Shown: one piece after another, positions 48,800 through 57,562 of the stretch
Numbering within the stretch: position 1 is the first letter of the stretch
How the letters are laid out: each line of letters starts with the position of its first letter
From: a virus
Lineage: Duplodnaviria; Caudoviricetes
Length of the DNA stretch: 64,000 bases
Direction: 5' to 3' (one strand)
IMG/VR virus record: IMGVR_UViG_3300049740_002155
Translations under genes and position numbers: made by a program
Notes under the pieces: generated by a model
The model's input: only the letters and a program-made list of their open reading frames with translations
Database searches by the model: none
Told to the model about the DNA's origin: nothing

Positions 48800-48898
48800 T
48801 CAAATACTAAAAATGTAAAATGCACCGCTGGAAATAGCAAGTAACATAACCGATACCATAAGTTGTACGATACGAAAACATTGTTTGTCTGTTAGCAT
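48800..48898 (-). CDS. 32-aa hydrophobic microprotein
   Basis: MLTDKQCFRIVQLMVSVMLLAISSGAFYIFSI with AGGAAG RBS. Confidence 0.45.
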   Translation of the reverse strand: MLTDKQCFRIVQLMVSVMLLAISSGAFYIFSI

Positions 48899-49023
48899 TT
48901 TAGTGATTCTTCCTATTGTTATTTGTTGTGGATTTACGAAGTTGAAACAGAAGTGCTTCAACATAATATATAACGATGCAACTTTGCATTTGGTTCACAA
49001 AAAATATATACTTTTTTTCATAG

Positions 49024-49052
49024 TTGACGTAATTTATTGATTGCCATATAAT
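49024..49052 (+). promoter_or_regulatory. sigma70-like promoter
   Basis: TTGACG-17-TATAAT; ATG at 49059. Confidence 0.7.
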
Positions 49053-49058
49053 TGCGAT

Positions 49059-49583
49059 ATGAAAAAAATTTTAATAATGTTGATTCCCTGCATTGCAATT
49101 GCAAATAGTTCTCCTTTACTGACAATTCCTGAACCAGAGTATCATTTTCCTGCGAAGACTTCATTTGATATTCAACGAGAAATACAACCTGACTTTAATA
49201 ATAAAGTTCCATCAGTTACATTAGATAGACATTTTGTGGGAGTCAAATATTCTTACTTTGAAAAATTTAATGTTTGGTACAAAGAAACCACGAACGGAAT
49301 CAACAACAAACAAAACAATGAATCATTTGATTGTGACAATCACGCATTGTTATATAAATCTTTATTCAGCATTTCTACTTTGAGAAAAGATGTGAAACGA
49401 GAAATCTTGGTTGGTGTAATTCTCGTAGAGCAATCAGAACAATTTCTTGGAATACCTGCAACTAATCGTCACGCACTCAATGTAGTGTTTACCGATAAAG
49501 GTTGGGTGGTGTATGAACCTCAGACTAATATGCTTTGTATGTTGGCAGATTATCCTCTTGCAATTAAAGCATTTGTATTTTAG
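49059..49583 (+). CDS. Secreted papain/transglutaminase-like (Cys-His-Glu) protein, agglutinin-C-like
   Basis: Signal peptide; FDCDNHA, RHALNVV, YEPQT; paralog of 55879..56550. Confidence 0.65.
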   Translation: MKKILIMLIPCIAIANSSPLLTIPEPEYHFPAKTSFDIQREIQPDFNNKVPSVTLDRHFVGVKYSYFEKFNVWYKETTNGINNKQNNESFDCDNHALLYKSLFSISTLRKDVKREILVGVILVEQSEQFLGIPATNRHALNVVFTDKGWVVYEPQTNMLCMLADYPLAIKAFVF

Positions 49584-49594
49584 TATTAAAAATT

Positions 49595-49873
49595 ATGCCT
49601 TATATAGATAAAGAAGATCAAGCAAAATACAATGCCAATAAACTTGAGCATTGTGGAATTTTAAATTATGCCATCAATCAGTTGGTTAACGATTACATTG
49701 AACAAAATGGTAAATGCTACCAAACTTTCAATGATGTAACAGGAGCATTGGAAAATGCCAAGTTAGAAATTTATCGTAGAATGGTTGCTCCATACGAAGA
49801 TGAAAAAATTATTGAAAATGGAGATGTGCTTCCTTATACTCAATACGATGATTTCAAGACAAAGAAGTATTGA
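49595..49873 (+). CDS. DUF6899-like conserved phage protein
   Basis: MPYI...G.LNYAI...GALENAKLEIYRRMVAPYEDEKI.ENGDV. Confidence 0.7.
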   Translation: MPYIDKEDQAKYNANKLEHCGILNYAINQLVNDYIEQNGKCYQTFNDVTGALENAKLEIYRRMVAPYEDEKIIENGDVLPYTQYDDFKTKKY

Positions 49874-50304
49874 TGATGTGTTGTAGTTCAACCGGTGGAA
49901 CTCCAAATTTAGAAAATGCAACATTTTTACACCGTAAGTTTCTGACTAAACAACAGATATTTGACTTAATTTCAGAATACGATGGCCAGATATATGGTGA
50001 ACATAACCCCAATACCACAGAAAACTATTATAAAATTGTACCATATTATGATAAAGTTCTGAATAATGTCCGTAAAGGCATTAAAAACGACTTGATTACC
50101 GATAATGTCACTAAGTTAGCATACAAACTTAAAGACAATCCTAGTACCCTTCTTGACCTTGCACCGATACTTATAGTAAATGGGGGATTCTGTGATGGTT
50201 CGCATAGGTTGTCTGCTTTACATTTATTGTCGGAACATCTTGATAAAGAGAATTTTAGATGGAACAAGATCAAATTAAACGTTCATTTTTATTCTCAGAC
50301 TTAA
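49870..50304 (+). CDS. ParB/Srx-like domain protein
   Basis: PILIVNG..CDGSHRLSAL. Confidence 0.5.
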   Translation: MMMCCSSTGGTPNLENATFLHRKFLTKQQIFDLISEYDGQIYGEHNPNTTENYYKIVPYYDKVLNNVRKGIKNDLITDNVTKLAYKLKDNPSTLLDLAPILIVNGGFCDGSHRLSALHLLSEHLDKENFRWNKIKLNVHFYSQT

Positions 50305-50312
50305 AATAATGC

Positions 50313-50341
50313 TTGACTTTTTATAATAATTTTGGTAGGTT
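50313..50341 (+). promoter_or_regulatory. Early promoter (repeat family copy)
   Basis: TTGACT-ttttataataattttgg-TAGGTT. Confidence 0.72.
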
Positions 50342-50347
50342 ATTACC

Positions 50348-50656
50348 ATGATGATGATTAAAAGTAAATTCGCAATTACATTAACGATGTTGCTCGGATC
50401 AATTTTTGCTGAAGCAAGTTCCATTATGGATAGATTCAACTCAGGTGAAGGTAGACCCAAGTTGAGACAGATGAAACGGACTAGTGTAGTAGAAATTTAC
50501 ACAGGTAGTCATCATGCAAGGGCATTGGAAGCACAAAAACGTGCGTATCGTAACTCTGCCCGTGAAAATGAACGAGTGTTTGGAAGAGGTACAACTACGA
50601 GTAGGAGAAGGTATTCTCCTTACATCATATATAACAAAACTTTTCCCAATTTGTGA
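50348..50656 (+). CDS. Hypothetical exported protein
   Basis: Signal-peptide-like N-terminus (FAITLTMLLGSIFAEA). Confidence 0.55.
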   Translation: MMMIKSKFAITLTMLLGSIFAEASSIMDRFNSGEGRPKLRQMKRTSVVEIYTGSHHARALEAQKRAYRNSARENERVFGRGTTTSRRRYSPYIIYNKTFPNL

Positions 50657-50666
50657 TATTTTATTG

Positions 50667-50695
50667 TTGACTTTTTATAATAATTTTGGTAGTTT
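50667..50695 (+). promoter_or_regulatory. Early promoter (repeat family copy)
   Basis: TTGACT-ttttataataattttgg-TAGTTT. Confidence 0.7.
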
Positions 50696-50891
50696 ATATA
50701 TGTAATGATGATTAAGAGAGAAATTCAAAAAAGGAGTTACCAAGTCTAAGTGGCACGTCCTGATCAAGTCAAGTTCCACATCCTTTGCATATTTCGTCAC
50801 ATCAAATTACATCACTTCAAAAAGATTTCATTCCACTTAAAAGGAATTTACAGAGCAATATTCAACATTAAAAATCAATAATCAAAATAAG

Positions 50892-51155
50892 ATGTATCAT
50901 TCATACGAGCAATATCAGGAACACATGGATCACGAATTTGGAGCACAATACGATGACACCCGTGAAAGGTATTCAGCAGAAATACAAGAAGCACAAAATG
51001 AATATGAACTCCAGCAATGGTACGATGAGTATATGACTAAGGTATATGAAGCAGGATTTGGTGATGATTCAGACGCATACGAAGCATCTTGGAGAAGAAC
51101 CTTTGAGTATGCTAAAAGTGGTGCAATTGATGATTTACTTGAAAATAATGCTTGA
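50892..51155 (+). CDS. Acidic hypothetical protein; stop inside next -35 box
   Basis: Ends ...LLENNA-TGA in TTGACT. Confidence 0.55.
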   Translation: MYHSYEQYQEHMDHEFGAQYDDTRERYSAEIQEAQNEYELQQWYDEYMTKVYEAGFGDDSDAYEASWRRTFEYAKSGAIDDLLENNA

Positions 51156-51205
51156 CTTTTTATAATACTTGTGGTAAAGTACTTGTATTGAGAGTGAGAA
51201 AAGAG
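51152..51205 (+). promoter_or_regulatory. Early promoter cassette (full form)
   Basis: TTGACT-17-TAAAGT-ACTTGTATTGAGAGTGAGAAAAGAG. Confidence 0.75.
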
Positions 51206-51226
51206 AAAAACAAAAACGAGAGAAAA

Positions 51227-51712
51227 ATGAAATTTACAAAAACAAGAAAATCCGAGTGGTTCACTAATCCTACAATGTGTGGGGAAATTTGGTCGCAAGA
51301 AACAGTTGCTACTGCTGAAGCAATCATCACCAAGTATGCAAAAACAAAACGGACCAAGGCACTTGCTAATTATGTTATTCGTGACATACCCGAGTGGCAT
51401 TATTGGAACAACATTTCCAAAAAGGAATTGAATATGCTTCGTTTCGTGTTGCGTAGATTGGATAAGGCATTTTCAGAAAAGGGTGGTCTTACTCGTTTGC
51501 TCGCAATGTATCAGAACCGTACCGGTTGTCTTAAAGGACATTTGGATTGGGTTCTTGAACATCTTGCTTTTACTTTTGATAAGTCAGCACGTGTAAAAGA
51601 TTACACTCGTAATATGGGATTTTGGGGAATGACCAAAAAAGAAGCAACCAATAGATTGACTGAGTATCATAAAAACTTAATCAATAAACACGAAGTGGAA
51701 AGTGTAGCATAA
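51227..51712 (+). CDS. Hypothetical early protein
   Basis: ATG 51227. Confidence 0.6.
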   Translation: MKFTKTRKSEWFTNPTMCGEIWSQETVATAEAIITKYAKTKRTKALANYVIRDIPEWHYWNNISKKELNMLRFVLRRLDKAFSEKGGLTRLLAMYQNRTGCLKGHLDWVLEHLAFTFDKSARVKDYTRNMGFWGMTKKEATNRLTEYHKNLINKHEVESVA

Positions 51713-51919
51713 ATGAGGGAAACAAGAAAATTTGATATTACTATTGACGATCACCGATTCGTTGGAGAAGAAGAATACGGTGGACACATTTACATCAATC
51801 AAGTATTCATAAACCACAAAGAAATTGGTCTTTGGAATAAACGAATTGGATACGCACTTTCTGCGAAGAGATTAGAAGGTTGGGAAACCCAAGTTCAAAA
51901 CTATTTTAAGAATCATTAA
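51713..51919 (+). CDS. Hypothetical protein
   Basis: Abutting ORF. Confidence 0.55.
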   Translation: MRETRKFDITIDDHRFVGEEEYGGHIYINQVFINHKEIGLWNKRIGYALSAKRLEGWETQVQNYFKNH

Positions 51920-51988
51920 GACTATGCAACTATCAACTTATTTATTTCTTGTAACTTATTCAACCATTTTTATTTCACTTGGAACAAT

Positions 51989-52246
51989 TTGTTACATACT
52001 ATCCAACTCGATATAATGGACATCGGAGAAAAAAGTCAAATGTTTGTTGCCTGGCACATGATAAACACATTTGCCGAACTATTCTCAAAACGTGAAACTA
52101 TGATAGGATTATGGCATGAAGTTTCAGGTGAAATTCGTTACGAAGCAATTTTGACTCAAACTCGTAAAGAAAAAAAAAATGAAGAAACACCGATCAGTAT
52201 TCTGTTTCCTCCATTTAATCCAGACGAGGATTATTACCTTGACTAA
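51989..52246 (+). CDS. Hypothetical protein
   Basis: TTG start, uncertain. Confidence 0.4.
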   Translation: MLHTIQLDIMDIGEKSQMFVAWHMINTFAELFSKRETMIGLWHEVSGEIRYEAILTQTRKEKKNEETPISILFPPFNPDEDYYLD

Positions 52247-52272
52247 TAAGTAGGAAAACATTAATATGTTGC

Positions 52273-53001
52273 ATGATTGTCGTAGACTCACATAAAAACC
52301 ACTCAATCAAAATTGCGAAAAGCATTGCAGAGGAAATTCGTCTTAGACAAAGATTTGATGAAAATATTGTTCTTGGTCTTGCTACTGGGTCAACACCGAT
52401 ATTATTATACAATGAATTGGTTCGTCTTCATATAGAGGAAAATTTATCATTTAAAAATGTTTTAACATTTAACTTGGATGAATATTGTGGATTGTGTACT
52501 GAAGATGATAACTCTTATTATCATTTTATGCAAAAGTATTTATTCAATCATATTGATATTCCAAATGAAAATACTTTTATTCCAAGTGGTCAAGTAGAAC
52601 CATTATTTGAAAGAGATTATTGCGAAGGTTATGAGCAAACTATAAAAGATTTGGGTGGAATAGATATACAAATTTTAGGAATTGGTAGAAGTGGACATAT
52701 TGGATTTAATGAACCAGGAAGTGATGTCAACTCTATCACACGGATGGTAAAGTTGCATGATATTACAAGAAGTGATGCTTCGGAAGATTTTAATGGACTT
52801 GAAAATACTCCAACTCATGCCATTACAATGGGTATGCAAACCATTATGAATGCAAGGAAAATATTCTTTATGGCATTTGGTGAGTCAAAAAAAGAAATTA
52901 CACAAAAAGCATTTATGGGTGAAATCACAAATGATATACCTGCAAGTCATTTACAAAAACATAAACACACAACGATCTGCTTAGATTTTAATATAAGATA
53001 A
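52273..53001 (+). CDS. nagB: Glucosamine-6-phosphate deaminase
   Basis: VLGLATGSTP, TFNLDEYCG, DIQILGIGRSGHIGFNEPG, AITMGM, PASHLQKH. Confidence 0.95.
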   Translation: MIVVDSHKNHSIKIAKSIAEEIRLRQRFDENIVLGLATGSTPILLYNELVRLHIEENLSFKNVLTFNLDEYCGLCTEDDNSYYHFMQKYLFNHIDIPNENTFIPSGQVEPLFERDYCEGYEQTIKDLGGIDIQILGIGRSGHIGFNEPGSDVNSITRMVKLHDITRSDASEDFNGLENTPTHAITMGMQTIMNARKIFFMAFGESKKEITQKAFMGEITNDIPASHLQKHKHTTICLDFNIR

Positions 53002-53012
53002 GGAACACAAAA

Positions 53013-53246
53013 ATGAAATTATTCAAAGATAAAAAGAAATATAAACTTGTAACACACGACACATGGGGAAATTACACTGAAAATGTTGAACTCGTTCTCA
53101 AAGGAACAAAACTAGAAATTGAATCTTATGCAGAAAAAAATGGTTTAACATGGGTAAAAGATAAAAATGAACAAAATGGTGGTTTCTATCAAAAATCAAT
53201 TGATGGTTATCGTTCGCAGAAATTCAAAATTATTGAAGTTGTATAA
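53013..53246 (+). CDS. Hypothetical protein
   Basis: AAGGA RBS. Confidence 0.55.
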   Translation: MKLFKDKKKYKLVTHDTWGNYTENVELVLKGTKLEIESYAEKNGLTWVKDKNEQNGGFYQKSIDGYRSQKFKIIEVV

Positions 53247-53579
53247 ATGCTAAGTGTTCGCATAGAACGTCATATGACTCCGTTCGGTGACCCGGATGAA
53301 GATTGCAATCATGCAGATTTCTTTTTCAGTGATGGTTATATGGCAACTGCTTATCATAACGAAGAGCATATGATAACCGAATATTACAAATCACCGATTG
53401 ACAAAGAATTATTACAAGAAGGAAAAGAAGAAGAATTGTATGATATGCTAAGTTACACTCCAATGTCAAATAAGGACTGGCCTAACAAGCAAGTAGTTGA
53501 TGAAGAAATAATCACGGACATTCTTGATTATTATGCAGAGGGTGAACTTGTAAAAGTTGAAGAAAATTACTATGAATAA
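53247..53579 (+). CDS. Acidic hypothetical protein
   Basis: Abutting ORF. Confidence 0.55.
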   Translation: MLSVRIERHMTPFGDPDEDCNHADFFFSDGYMATAYHNEEHMITEYYKSPIDKELLQEGKEEELYDMLSYTPMSNKDWPNKQVVDEEIITDILDYYAEGELVKVEENYYE

Positions 53580-53988
53580 AGCAATAGCAATATTATCGTG
53601 TGCGTTACTAATTGGATGTAATAGCACAAAACAACAACGCATTCAAACTACTGAGAGTTTTGATTTAAAACAAATTGGTCAGTTTTATTATCAAGCATAT
53701 GATCACAAATGGAGAACTGATCCAACAATCAACCCTGCGTTTGATACAAAACAAGAAGCATACGAGTATGCGAATATGTTCAACGAAAACAACGCACATT
53801 TGTATATTGTCAGAATGATAAACTATCGTTATGAAATTCGTATCGTGAATCCTAATCAGAACGAGTTGATGTATACAACCAACGATCTTAATGATGCGGT
53901 TGATTATATTGATTCTTATTCACCTGCTCACGATGACTTGGTGCTTTACGATTTAAAGACCGGAGAGTTTTACGAAGGAGATTTGTAA
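53572..53988 (+). CDS. Putative lipoprotein
   Basis: MNKAIAILSCALLIG-C lipobox. Confidence 0.6.
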   Translation: MNKAIAILSCALLIGCNSTKQQRIQTTESFDLKQIGQFYYQAYDHKWRTDPTINPAFDTKQEAYEYANMFNENNAHLYIVRMINYRYEIRIVNPNQNELMYTTNDLNDAVDYIDSYSPAHDDLVLYDLKTGEFYEGDL

Positions 53989-54383
53989 TGGGTTGTAAAG
54001 CAGGAATATCCGTTCAGTTTAAAAAAACTGATAAAACTTCTGATTCTTTAGATGTATTGTTGCATAGATTCAAACGATATATTCAAACCAAAAGCAGTGC
54101 AAGACCATACATTGATTGGTATTTAAATTTTGAGTATCACGAACATGGTGATATGATTGAGTATTATTACAAGAATTTTAAACCTGCTGATTGGTTGAAA
54201 GAAAATGAATTTGAATTCAAATTCACCATTTGGGATGACAACGAAGAAACTGCAAAAGAAATTTATGCTGATACTAAATGGTGCTACAAAACCAATTCTG
54301 AGGTAACACACGAAACGAGTGTAATTACTCTTTCCAAGGATTTTGCAAAAAGAAACAATTTGGAATTTTTACACGTTAACTGA
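53988..54383 (+). CDS. Hypothetical protein
   Basis: TAATG overlap. Confidence 0.55.
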   Translation: MGCKAGISVQFKKTDKTSDSLDVLLHRFKRYIQTKSSARPYIDWYLNFEYHEHGDMIEYYYKNFKPADWLKENEFEFKFTIWDDNEETAKEIYADTKWCYKTNSEVTHETSVITLSKDFAKRNNLEFLHVN

Positions 54384-54388
54384 CACGT

Positions 54389-55336
54389 TTAATTGGGAAA
54401 AAATTTATTTAGTTGGTTAGTTAGAAACTCTGTATTTGCAGTTCTTTGATCGTCAGAAATAATCTTGTCAGTAAATGGCAATTTTAATTTATTTACATTG
54501 TTTCTGATACAACAATCACGATATCTAAAGTGATCAAGGTAGAAATTTTCTTTTAATCGTTTTCCATTGGAATGCTTGAATTCGTGGATGTAATAATTGG
54601 TGCTAGTTGAAATGTATTTTTTTGCTGATAAATAAGGTTGTAGAACAACAAATCTTTCTTTCATATTATACAAATTATTTACACGAAATGAAATCTGAGT
54701 TTCAGCATGAGTTGCTATCACTCCGGCTACTTGATTATATGATCCATATAAAATACTAGCAAATCCATTCATATTGTCACCCACAAAAACTACTCTGGTA
54801 TAAGGTTCAATCATTTTTTTGATGTATCTTGATGTTTCAAGAAATGTATCACCAATTTGGTTTATCTTGTTTAAAAACCAACCATTATTGGGGTCTCTTA
54901 TTGTAATGATATCTGCATTTGGAAATTTTGATTTTGTGGGAATTCTTGAATCAAATACATTAGGTTCTCTATCAAGAAGTCTTTCAATTTCAGATACATT
55001 TATATAAACAGAATACTCGTTTAGTGTATGATCGTAATTAGCAAGATAATCAAGTAAACTTTGATTGAATTCATCATAAGACTGATGATAATATTTTGAG
55101 TATGACTCTGAATACCAATTATTTTCAACTGCAACATCGTAATTTTCTTTGTTCTTGGGAGCATAATCCTCTTTTAACTTAGAAATTCCATTATCAAGAA
55201 TTGTTTTTTCATCCTGAGTATACAACAACTCAATTTCATTAAACGTAGTGTTCGGAATGTTGTTTTTAAATAACACTATCAAATTTTTAGGAGTTCTATT
55301 TTTACACAATTTGACTACATTTATATGCTCTTCCAT
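54389..55336 (-). CDS. Degenerate alpha/beta-hydrolase-like protein, paralog of 61572..62279
   Basis: VVFVGDNMNGFASILYG aligns to VCCVGNSAGGFASLLFG; ATATTTATA upstream on - strand. Confidence 0.6.
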   Translation of the reverse strand: MEEHINVVKLCKNRTPKNLIVLFKNNIPNTTFNEIELLYTQDEKTILDNGISKLKEDYAPKNKENYDVAVENNWYSESYSKYYHQSYDEFNQSLLDYLANYDHTLNEYSVYINVSEIERLLDREPNVFDSRIPTKSKFPNADIITIRDPNNGWFLNKINQIGDTFLETSRYIKKMIEPYTRVVFVGDNMNGFASILYGSYNQVAGVIATHAETQISFRVNNLYNMKERFVVLQPYLSAKKYISTSTNYYIHEFKHSNGKRLKENFYLDHFRYRDCCIRNNVNKLKLPFTDKIISDDQRTANTEFLTNQLNKFFPN

Positions 55337-55419
55337 TTATATAAATATCATTTTTGTTGCAAATCATATAAAAACAAATTAATATAATATTATAAAATAA
55401 ATTTAACAAAGGAAAAAAC

Positions 55420-55878
55420 ATGGGATTAGATCAATGGGCATATTGCAGACCTCCAAGAAAACGAAACGCAGATGATGATGAGCATTTAGAAGAATGGAGA
55501 AAACACAATAGACTTCAAGGCTGGATGGAGCAACTATGGGAAGAAAAAGGTTGTCCTGTTGCTGAAACATCCTACGAAGAAGATGATGAGGAAGATGAAG
55601 ATGATTACGATGATTATGGTAGTGGATTCAACGGAATTGAACTACAACTAGATTCATCGGATATCGAGTATCTTGAGGAAGCAATTAAGAACCAAGAGTT
55701 ACCTGAGGCATCAGGATTCTTCTTCGGAAGTGATTCGTACACTTGGAATCAAGAAGGATACGCAGAGGACGATATCCAAGAAAACTATTTCTATAAAGAA
55801 AACGATCTTCAGTTTATAGAAAGTGCGAAAGAAGCATTAAAGAAAAAGTATAGGGTTTACTATAATTGCAGTTGGTGA
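55420..55878 (+). CDS. Conserved phage hypothetical protein (MGLDQ family)
   Basis: MGLDQWAY...WRKHNRLQGWM...GFFFG...VYYNCSW; AAGGA RBS. Confidence 0.7.
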   Translation: MGLDQWAYCRPPRKRNADDDEHLEEWRKHNRLQGWMEQLWEEKGCPVAETSYEEDDEEDEDDYDDYGSGFNGIELQLDSSDIEYLEEAIKNQELPEASGFFFGSDSYTWNQEGYAEDDIQENYFYKENDLQFIESAKEALKKKYRVYYNCSW

Positions 55879-56550
55879 TTAAAGAATCATATATTGAACA
55901 TACTCTTGATTAGGATAATTTTCAAGTTCAATATATTTCCCTGTTTGTGGTTCAAATATTAACCACTTACCGGGTGTAAACACAAGATTAACCATGTGAA
56001 GTCCACCGGTGCCTGGTATTCCACCAAATTCATTAACTTGACGAACAACAACAACTGCTACTCCCATTTCAAGTTTATCACCACTTTTATATGCACTTAC
56101 ACCCATAAGTGATTTGTATAGCATTGCGAAGTTATCACAATCTAATGCTTGGTGATTACTTACTATGCCTGGTTGAATTCCTGCTTCAAACATAAGTTTT
56201 TTAAACCAATTGTTAAATTTGCGAAAATGAAAATAATCAACTTGACGATAACGAGTATCAAGCATCACAACTTTAAAGTCAGTAGGAACTTTAGTTGGAA
56301 CCCAGTTTGCTGATTTTTGCATTGAAAAGTGCTGACCAATAGTATGACGATCAATATAATTTTTAGGTTTAAACGAATTTTCAATTTTTTCACCTTGCAT
56401 AACTGGTATGTCAATTAACTCACGCATATCAGTTTTTGTTTTACAACTCGAACCTGCCATAAAAACAATCGTTACCCCTATCACTACAAATGCTAAACAA
56501 CTCCAACAAATACTTTTTAATTTATTAGTAATATTATATTTCATCATCAA
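55879..56550 (-). CDS. Membrane-anchored/lipoprotein papain/transglutaminase-like protein
   Basis: LDCDNFA, LHMVNLV, FEPQTG; GGAG RBS; ATATTTATA upstream. Confidence 0.65.
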   Translation of the reverse strand: MMMKYNITNKLKSICWSCLAFVVIGVTIVFMAGSSCKTKTDMRELIDIPVMQGEKIENSFKPKNYIDRHTIGQHFSMQKSANWVPTKVPTDFKVVMLDTRYRQVDYFHFRKFNNWFKKLMFEAGIQPGIVSNHQALDCDNFAMLYKSLMGVSAYKSGDKLEMGVAVVVVRQVNEFGGIPGTGGLHMVNLVFTPGKWLIFEPQTGKYIELENYPNQEYVQYMIL

Positions 56551-56627
56551 ATCTCCTCTTATATAAATATGAGTTTTTATAATATTTTATAGTTGCGGTA
56601 TCAGTTTACTTACTTTAGTATAAGAAA

Positions 56628-57071
56628 ATGTACGATGATATTGTAATATGTGAGATTTTACACGAAGACCCTGATGAAGAGGAGGGTTGCAATCCACATC
56701 AAATCATAGTTGGAAACTCAAGCACCGAAGGTATACTTGTTACAATGTTATTCAAGGAGGACGATAGAAAGTCTGCGATTTCACCAAGATTTCGTGATCT
56801 TGGCATTGATATTTTTGCGGAAGTAATAGATAGTGATAAAACAGAGTATCAAGATAAATATGACATACAAACAGGAGTTGAATTTACAATTACAAATAAA
56901 AATGAAAAGTACAAGATGCTAATTGGAAGCAACGGAGAGCATTTTCACTATTTTACAAATATTCCTGCGATTAACAATACAACTGATTTTGGTAATACTA
57001 TATTTTTAAGTTTTCCACATACAGTTGAGGGATTTACCTATAAAGATTCAAACTACAAAACTTTTCAATGA
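56628..57071 (+). CDS. Hypothetical protein
   Basis: In-operon ORF. Confidence 0.55.
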   Translation: MYDDIVICEILHEDPDEEEGCNPHQIIVGNSSTEGILVTMLFKEDDRKSAISPRFRDLGIDIFAEVIDSDKTEYQDKYDIQTGVEFTITNKNEKYKMLIGSNGEHFHYFTNIPAINNTTDFGNTIFLSFPHTVEGFTYKDSNYKTFQ

Positions 57072-57562
57072 ACTTACCAAAATATTCACTAATAGCTGCT
57101 ATGGACAATAATCGTATTATTGGACATAAGAACAAAATACCTTGGAAAGCAAAAGGAGAACAAGCATTATTTAAACGCATTACATTAAACTCGGTTGTGA
57201 TAATGGGACGAAATACTTTTGAGTCGTTACCAAATGGAGCATTATCAGAACGATACAATGCGGTTTTAAGTAGAGATCCATATTTTGAAGCACTTGGATG
57301 TTTTAAATTTTCAAGTTTTGAAAAAGCACTTGTGAGTATGCACGAAGAATTTCCTACTTGCGAAATATTTGTTATTGGAGGTGCTTCATTATATGAACAA
57401 ACTATTGAAAATGCTAATGAGTTGCATATTACTCGCATTGAAAGAAGTTATGAGGGTGATGCGTATTTTCCAAAATACGATAACGACAAATTTAATTTAA
57501 AAAATATTGAATGGTTTGATACTAATATGCGTTATATCTATTATCACTATATACGCAAATGA
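57068..57562 (+). CDS. folA: Dihydrofolate reductase (DfrA-like GEQ motif)
   Basis: IGHKNKIPWKAKGEQALFKRIT, IMGRNTFESL, VIGGASLY, EGDAYFP. Confidence 0.95.
   Translation: MNLPKYSLIAAMDNNRIIGHKNKIPWKAKGEQALFKRITLNSVVIMGRNTFESLPNGALSERYNAVLSRDPYFEALGCFKFSSFEKALVSMHEEFPTCEIFVIGGASLYEQTIENANELHITRIERSYEGDAYFPKYDNDKFNLKNIEWFDTNMRYIYYHYIRK

Noticed and set aside
3252-51205. Promoter repeats as a CRISPR array
   Set aside because: Copies are dispersed, separated by whole genes and vary in sequence; there are no regular spacers and no cas genes.
7869-51227. Track ORFs starting MTFY(N/K).. at 7869, 30965, 31449, 33568, 51152
   Set aside because: The TTG 'start' is the -35 box of the repeated promoter; downstream ATGs with purine-rich RBS were used. 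The tag idea is kept only as a low-interest finding.
55420-55878. 'Phosphoglycerate kinase' label, which I recall on this MGLDQ family
   Set aside because: 152 aa with no PGK motifs; left as hypothetical.
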